Below are positions 58,060 to 64,000 of a DNA stretch of 64,000 nt, in pieces. Each line of letters starts with the position of its first letter. The first letter of the stretch is position 1. Made by a program: the position numbers and the translations under genes. Source of the stretch: the human T2T-CHM13v2.0 reference genome, Homo sapiens; the NCBI RefSeq assembly GCF_009914755.1, contig NC_060926.1. The stretch is one strand, 5' to 3'. The notes under the pieces are model-generated. The model was given only the letters and a program-made list of their open reading frames with translations, did not search any database and had not been told where the DNA came from.

Positions 58060-59084
58060 CTTTTTAACAGGTGCCAGGAAGTTGAACTAGCTATGTTCCC
58101 TGAGGTGGCCCATGAATTGGGGTAAGTGTTAGGAAAGAATTCAGGGGCAGCAATGGTTAAGTGGAGGGAACATCCTGACCAAACAGTGACAAGCAGCAGC
58201 TAGAAATATTGCATACAGCTATCACAAGGGAGGTCAGAGAGGGATCATGGTCTTTCCTGATGGGCCATGGAGCTTGAAAACAGGGACCTGGCAGCAGGCA
58301 CTATTTAGTCACTCTGAAAAATGGCCAAGGTGTCTGAGATTAAAGAGTACAGCTCATGACAGGTCTGGACTCAAAGATGCATAAAGTGGACAAAATACAG
58401 GCAAGACAAATTCTGCTGTCAAGAACCTGCTGGGCTCCTCTCTTGGGGGGCTAACAGCGCAGCTAGGTTGACAAGGCAGGAATTTAGGCACAAGAGAATT
58501 GATAGCCATCTACTAAAACTAGAGTTTGGGGTGGGGACTCTGTGCCATGAACAGGGCAGAAACCCAAGTCAGAACCAAACTGATGCTGGTAGATGCCTTC
58601 CATTCAATCTCCTTCACCTCCCGATTACAGCCTGCAATGAGACGGACCAGAGGTGGAGATGTAGGCACCTCGGCACGTCTTCATTGATTTGCTCCTTCAT
58701 TTAGAAAACATCCTATGGCTGCCACCTCTTGCCAGGCACCAAGAACTAGTGGAGATGACGATGACATAGCACAGCAGAGAGACAGAAAAGGGAGCACATT
58801 TCAATTCCTAGGTGTGTTGCAAGGAAGCCCAGCAGGGAAGGGAGGCCTTCAAAAGATGGACCTAAGAGACGTGGAGAAAAGGAAAATAGGAAAATTAAAA
58901 CATTTTGAGTTACACTATGTTTTCTCCATAACTTAGGTTTTTCTTTACACATGATATTCAGTGATTTGATCTTTAATTAGAGTGAACTTACCACTTTCAG
59001 TAAATTGTCCTTTCACTATGCTGTGTTTATTTATATTAAACTCTCAAGACCATCATGAAGGGTGAAACTAACACAGCCAAAACA

Positions 59085-59715
59085 ATGCATGTGGTTTTGA
59101 TCCCCAAACCTGTTTCTCTCCACCTCCCCATTTCTGTAATGGTACCAGTCATTCACTATTTGGACAAACTGAAAACCTAGGAGTCATCCTTGTTTTCTCT
59201 CTTGGTCCCATCACTTCTTCTCCCAACAACCAAACCATCGGCACACTCTTCCATTCAAAGGCTACTTCCAAAATATATCCTAAAATCATTCACTTCTCTC
59301 CATCTGTGTGCCACCTCCTAGCCCAGGACACCCATCTCTTACCTGTACCATCTCATCAGCTTCCTAACATATCTCCCTGCTCTCACAGTTGCCACTCCCT
59401 AAATCCACTCTCTGCTAGAGTAGTCACTTCATTACCTGCCTAAAGGCAGTCAGTGGTGTCCTGCCCCATTTCAAGGCCTGGCTTGGACCTACCTATTCCT
59501 GTGTTCTGGTGCCTAATGCCTGTCACACCATGCCTCTCCCTGCTTATCCACTATATCCTAGCATTACACTGCCTGCTTCTTGTTCCTTAATCACCAATCC
59601 ATTCCCATCTCAGGGTATCTGTACCTTCTAATTACTCTGCCTAGAATGTTCATGTCCAGTCTTTGCATGACTGGCTTCTTCACATGGGTCAACTTGAATT
59701 TCCCCTCCTTTAAGA
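59085..59715 (+). mobile_element. L2 fragment
   Basis: aaaacctaggagtcatccttg...cacttctctccatct...ctgcctagaatgttc. Confidence 0.7.
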
Positions 59716-59727
59716 GGTTTGGTTCTA

Positions 59728-60031
<304 letters not shown>

Positions 60032-60699
60032 AAGAGGTTTTGTTCTTTTAATGTTAAATAAGTGTGATCATAAAAACAACCCTTTTGTTACTGAATTTTA
60101 AAATCTTCCTCAATTGTTGTAGTTATCATTCTGAAGATGGTGTCCATTTTCTCCAGTTAAAAATAAACATAAAGAACAGTGGGCTCACTGAAATCTTTCA
60201 CCTTAGCAAACTGCTCAATTCAGTGGCCAAAATGAAGGCATTTTGACCTCAGGTATCTTTAGCAGGTTAATTTTGCAAATCTCCCTCTGCTGGAGTTACT
60301 GTGGTAGGTGTACTGGGAGCTCTGCTAAGTTCCAATAGAACCTATCTAGTAGATGTAGCCATTTATTTTTTAAACAACAGACATCTGAAGCACCATGTCG
60401 GGGCAAAATCGAGTCCTGGAGTTTGACTTTGCCAATCACTGCATGTTGAACTATGGATTGCAATTTTCTGATTAGCATGTGATAGCTAATTTTAATTTCA
60501 ATGCTTAGAGAAAAATCACAGACCTGGACATACTATTCCTACAGTCAGAGCCACAGAACAAACAGAGATAGAGGTTCAATTCAGTGGTACTGTTAAAGGT
60601 CTTTAGTAAAGAGTATTTCACTCCTCTTGGTGATAATTCCTGCATCCTCAGAGAAAATGAACCTCTGGCTAACAAACCTAAACTTGGGTGTCCAAGGTA

Positions 60700-60880
60700 A
60701 GAGTAAACACTCTTTATTGGGCCAGAAATCACTTTAAGTGCTTCACGTTCATAATGTGTAACTGTCACATTATGAAAAGGTCTGCCTCATTTTTTTATAT
60801 GAGGAAACTGAGGCTGAAGGAACACCCAGTGAGTTGGGGGATGAGCCTGTATTCAAATTATGGTTCATCCAGCTCTAAGC
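60700..60880 (-). mobile_element. MIR fragment
   Basis: catttttttatatgaggaaactgaggctga. Confidence 0.6.
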
Positions 60881-61732
60881 CCCCGACTAGTCCTGCTGCC
60901 AACATTGGCCCCCAATCTCTTCAACTAATTAAGCTAGGACTGAGGCTCACCTAACACCACTAGAGAATAAAATGAGTCTTGTAATACAAAGAAAGTGAAA
61001 CAGAAAAGAGCATAAAAAGAGAAAGGGCAGAGATGGTAATAAAGGAGAAAATTGGCACAAACCCTTATTATTCTTCGAAGTGGAGAGAGTTTATTGGATT
61101 TCTAGCAAAATCCACTTTATCTTCTCAATTCAATCAGATTGATAAACCCTCTGAAGATTTATACCATGCTGTCATTGTTTTTCTGACCCATCTGGTGACT
61201 GTGATCATGTTCAAACATTAAATGAGAGGAAAATAAATGTGCATTCTTTCTGGAATGACAGACACATATGTTCTCAGCCTGACAGGTCAGATTCAGCTGA
61301 AGAAGACACACACCAAAAAATGGATTTCCTTAAATGGGAAAGGGCTGAAATCAGTTCCCAAGCAGCTGCTTTATTTTGAGCAAAGCTGCATGTAATACTA
61401 GATGGGATTAAACCTCTCTTTTTCTGATGAGGAGCCGGCCAAATGTTTCCTAGTTTCTAAGTATGTACCCTGGTTAGATCCCAAAGAGGAGCTAAAAGGA
61501 CCTTCCAAGATATCGTCTGTTGAAGATGTCATTAAAGATTCTCCCTCACCAGACCTTTAGTAATTGGAGAAAAATGTCTGTAGGTGAATTGTCTGAGAAT
61601 AAATCATTTTGATCTGCAGAGCACTTTAGTCTTTAAGCACTCTGAGGCTTCAGTGAAATTCTTTTCATTTTTTTTTCAGTCAGGTGCTGATATTTATTGT
61701 GGCTTTTAATGGTATGCCAAAAAAGATCCCAC

Positions 61733-61862
61733 CATGTGTGTGCATGTGTGTGTGCGTGTGTGTGCGTGTGTGTGTGCATGTGTGCGTGTGTGTGTGCGCG
61801 TGCGTGTGTGTGTGCACGTGTGCGTGTGTGTGTATGCGTGTGTGTGTGTGTTTGCATGTGTG
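61733..61862. repeat. (TG)n/(CG) compound microsatellite
   Basis: Direct reading; strict pyrimidine-purine alternation over 61733-61851. Confidence 0.97.
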
Positions 61863-62351
61863 TCTGTCTGACTGACGATACTGATTAGCTGGCGGTAAAG
61901 ACTCTCTTTTCCATAAGAGAATCACAAGAATATTTTGTTTTTAAAGAGCATTGATTTCTTAGGCACAAAAATTATTTTTTAGGAGGTAGACTAATAATTT
62001 CATGTAAAATTCCTGTGAATCATTTAAGGGACATACAGCCTTTTGTGCCCACTTCACAAATATGAAGAGAGGCATGACATGACTTTACTGGATGGTAAAT
62101 TCCAGGCCTCAGAGACTAAGCCAGACCACCAGCCAGCAAGTTCTTACAAACTACGTTTCCTTCCTTAGGTATGTTTTACAACTTTTTAAAAAGTTGTAAA
62201 AGTAAAAACTCCATGTTTAAAAGTAAAAACTCTATGTTTTTTCTAAATCCCCTTTTTAGCATATCCTACTAGAAAGGACTGTGTTAGTCCATTTTGCATT
62301 GCTATACAGGAATACCTGAAGCTGAGTGATTTATAAAGAAACGAGGTTTAT

Positions 62352-62624
62352 ACAGAAAGTAATCCCAGCACTTTGGGATGCCAAGGCGGGAGGATCACTT
62401 GAGGTGAGGAGTTCGAGACCAGCCTGGTCAACCTAGCAAAACCCCATCTCTATTAAAAATACAAAAATTAGTGGAGCCTTGGGGTACAAGCTTATAATTC
62501 CAGCTACTCAGGAGGCTGAGGCAGGAGAATCACTTGAACCCAGGAGGTAGAGGTTGCAGTGAGCTGAGATCTTGCCACTGCACCCTAGATTGGGTGACAG
62601 AGCAAGACTCTGTCAAAAAAAAAA
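62352..62624 (+). mobile_element. Slightly 5'-truncated Alu inside the MST LTR
   Basis: TSD aaagaaacgaggtttat (62335-62351) / aaagaagtgaggtttat (62625-62641). Confidence 0.93.
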
Positions 62625-62964
62625 AAAGAAGTGAGGTTTATTTTAGCTCATGGTTCTGCAGGCTGTACAGCAAGCATGGTGCCAGCATCTGCTTCTGATG
62701 AGGCCTCAGGAGGCTTACAGTCAAAGGAGAAGACAAAGGGGAACCAGTGTGTCACATGGTGAGACAGGGAGTGAGAGAGAGGGGAAGAAGTGCCAGACTT
62801 TTTTACACAAACAGCTTTCACATGACCTAAGAGTGAGAACTCACTCCATCACCAAGGGGATGGTGCTGAGCCATTCATGAGGGATCCACCTCCATGACCC
62901 AAACACCTCCCACCACACCCCACTTCCAACACCAGGAATTACAGTTAGACACCAGATTTGGAGG

Positions 62965-63323
62965 TATATTAGTCCATTTTCGCGCTGCTGATAAAGACAT
63001 ACCTGAGACTGGGTAATTTATAAAGAAAAAGAGGTGTAAGGGACTCAGAGTTCCACATGGCTGGGGAGGCCTCACAATCGTGGTGGAAGGTGAAAGCCAT
63101 TTCTTACATGGCAGCAGGGAGGAGAGAATGAGAGCCAAGATAAAGGCAAAATTCCGCATAAAACCGTCAGGCCTTGTGAGACTTATTCACTACCACGAGA
63201 ACAGTATGGGGGTACCCCCTACGATTCAATTATCTCCCACCAGGTCTCTCCCACAATATGTGGGAATTATGGGAGTTACAATTCAAAATGAGATTTCAGT
63301 GGGGACATAGCCAAACCATATCA
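62965..63323 (-). mobile_element. THE1 (THE1B-like) LTR inside the MST LTR
   Basis: tatattagtccattttc...gctgataaagacatacctgagactggg...gccaaaccatatca; TSD-like ggagg/gaagg. Confidence 0.92.
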
Positions 63324-63660
63324 GAAGGGGACAGATATCCAAACCATATCAATGACCGAGTGTTTAATTTTGTATTTGTCTTCAATTCCACAGGGTAAAA
63401 TTCACTTTTCTCTCATGATCTCCTATTTTGATTTCTGAAGTTTTCTGAAACTTCTGTGAATAAAACATACTTGCAGTTGAGCTTCTGTCAGTGAGGGGGC
63501 AGGTGGGTGCTACAGTTTGCACCAGAGGCAGGTGCTGCTTTAGGAGGAGTCAGGAGGCAGGGATGTCCCTTGGTCTTTCCTTGTCACCATCCTTTCTGCT
63601 TTTTCTTGTATTCTCACAGCATGAACTACTGACCTTTGGAATGTGAAGACCTTGCTTCAA

Positions 63661-63870
63661 GTGAGACCTTGTCTCTACAAGAAATAAACAAAATTATCCA
63701 GGCGTGGTTGTGCATGCCTGTAGTCCCAGTTACACGATAAGCTGAGGCAGAAGGATCACTTGAGCTGGGAGAGATTGAGCAGAGGTTGCATTGAGCCAAA
63801 ATTGTACCACTGCACTCCAGCCTGGGAGACAGAGCAAGATCCTGTCTTAAAAAAAAAAAAAAAAAAAAAG
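63661..63870 (+). mobile_element. 5'-truncated AluJ (linker plus right arm)
   Basis: gtgagaccttgtctctac...aggatcacttgagc...cactgcactccagcctggg, poly(A). Confidence 0.85.
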
Positions 63871-64000
63871 GAAAAGAAAGTAAATGATCCTACTCAAGAA
63901 AGTTCCATCTTAGGTTGAAAATCAAAATCAAAGCATGGCAGGAGATGGGTATATTCTAAGACGTTTCTTAGCTACTGTGATAATATTCTTTAGAGCACTA

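Larger units (their letters stand above)
62280..63351 (-). mobile_element. MST (MSTA-like) LTR hosting an Alu and a THE1 LTR
   Basis: tgtgttagtcc ... aaaccatatca termini; TSD-like aggac/atgac. Confidence 0.9.

Noticed and set aside
61633-61925. His/Thr- and Cys/Val-rich ORFs
   Set aside because: Translations of the TG microsatellite.

Overview
This 64 kb window is AT-rich, CpG-poor hominid DNA, very probably human (L1PA2-type and AluY-type elements), and reads as intronic or intergenic. I recognise no host protein-coding exon, RNA gene, CpG island or CRISPR array. The long ORFs in the track are LINE-1 remnants or repeat-derived noise. Much of the window is transposon-derived: Alus (including a young AluY), a 5'-inverted L1PA2 with a short 3' transduction, a full-length decayed L1PA, older L1M/L2/MIR fragments, and MaLR, MER41B, LTR16 and LTR41/ERVL LTRs. 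The most unusual signal comes from self-comparison by eye. Four 85-200 bp patches were apparently copied from 0.4-3.5 kb away (two direct, two inverted, 79-94% identity), each pasted into an older transposon so that donor and copy can be told apart. They look like locally templated DNA-repair insertions of different ages. I found no evidence of a new coding system. Repeat subfamily names are from my memory of consensus sequences and need RepeatMasker/Dfam confirmation.
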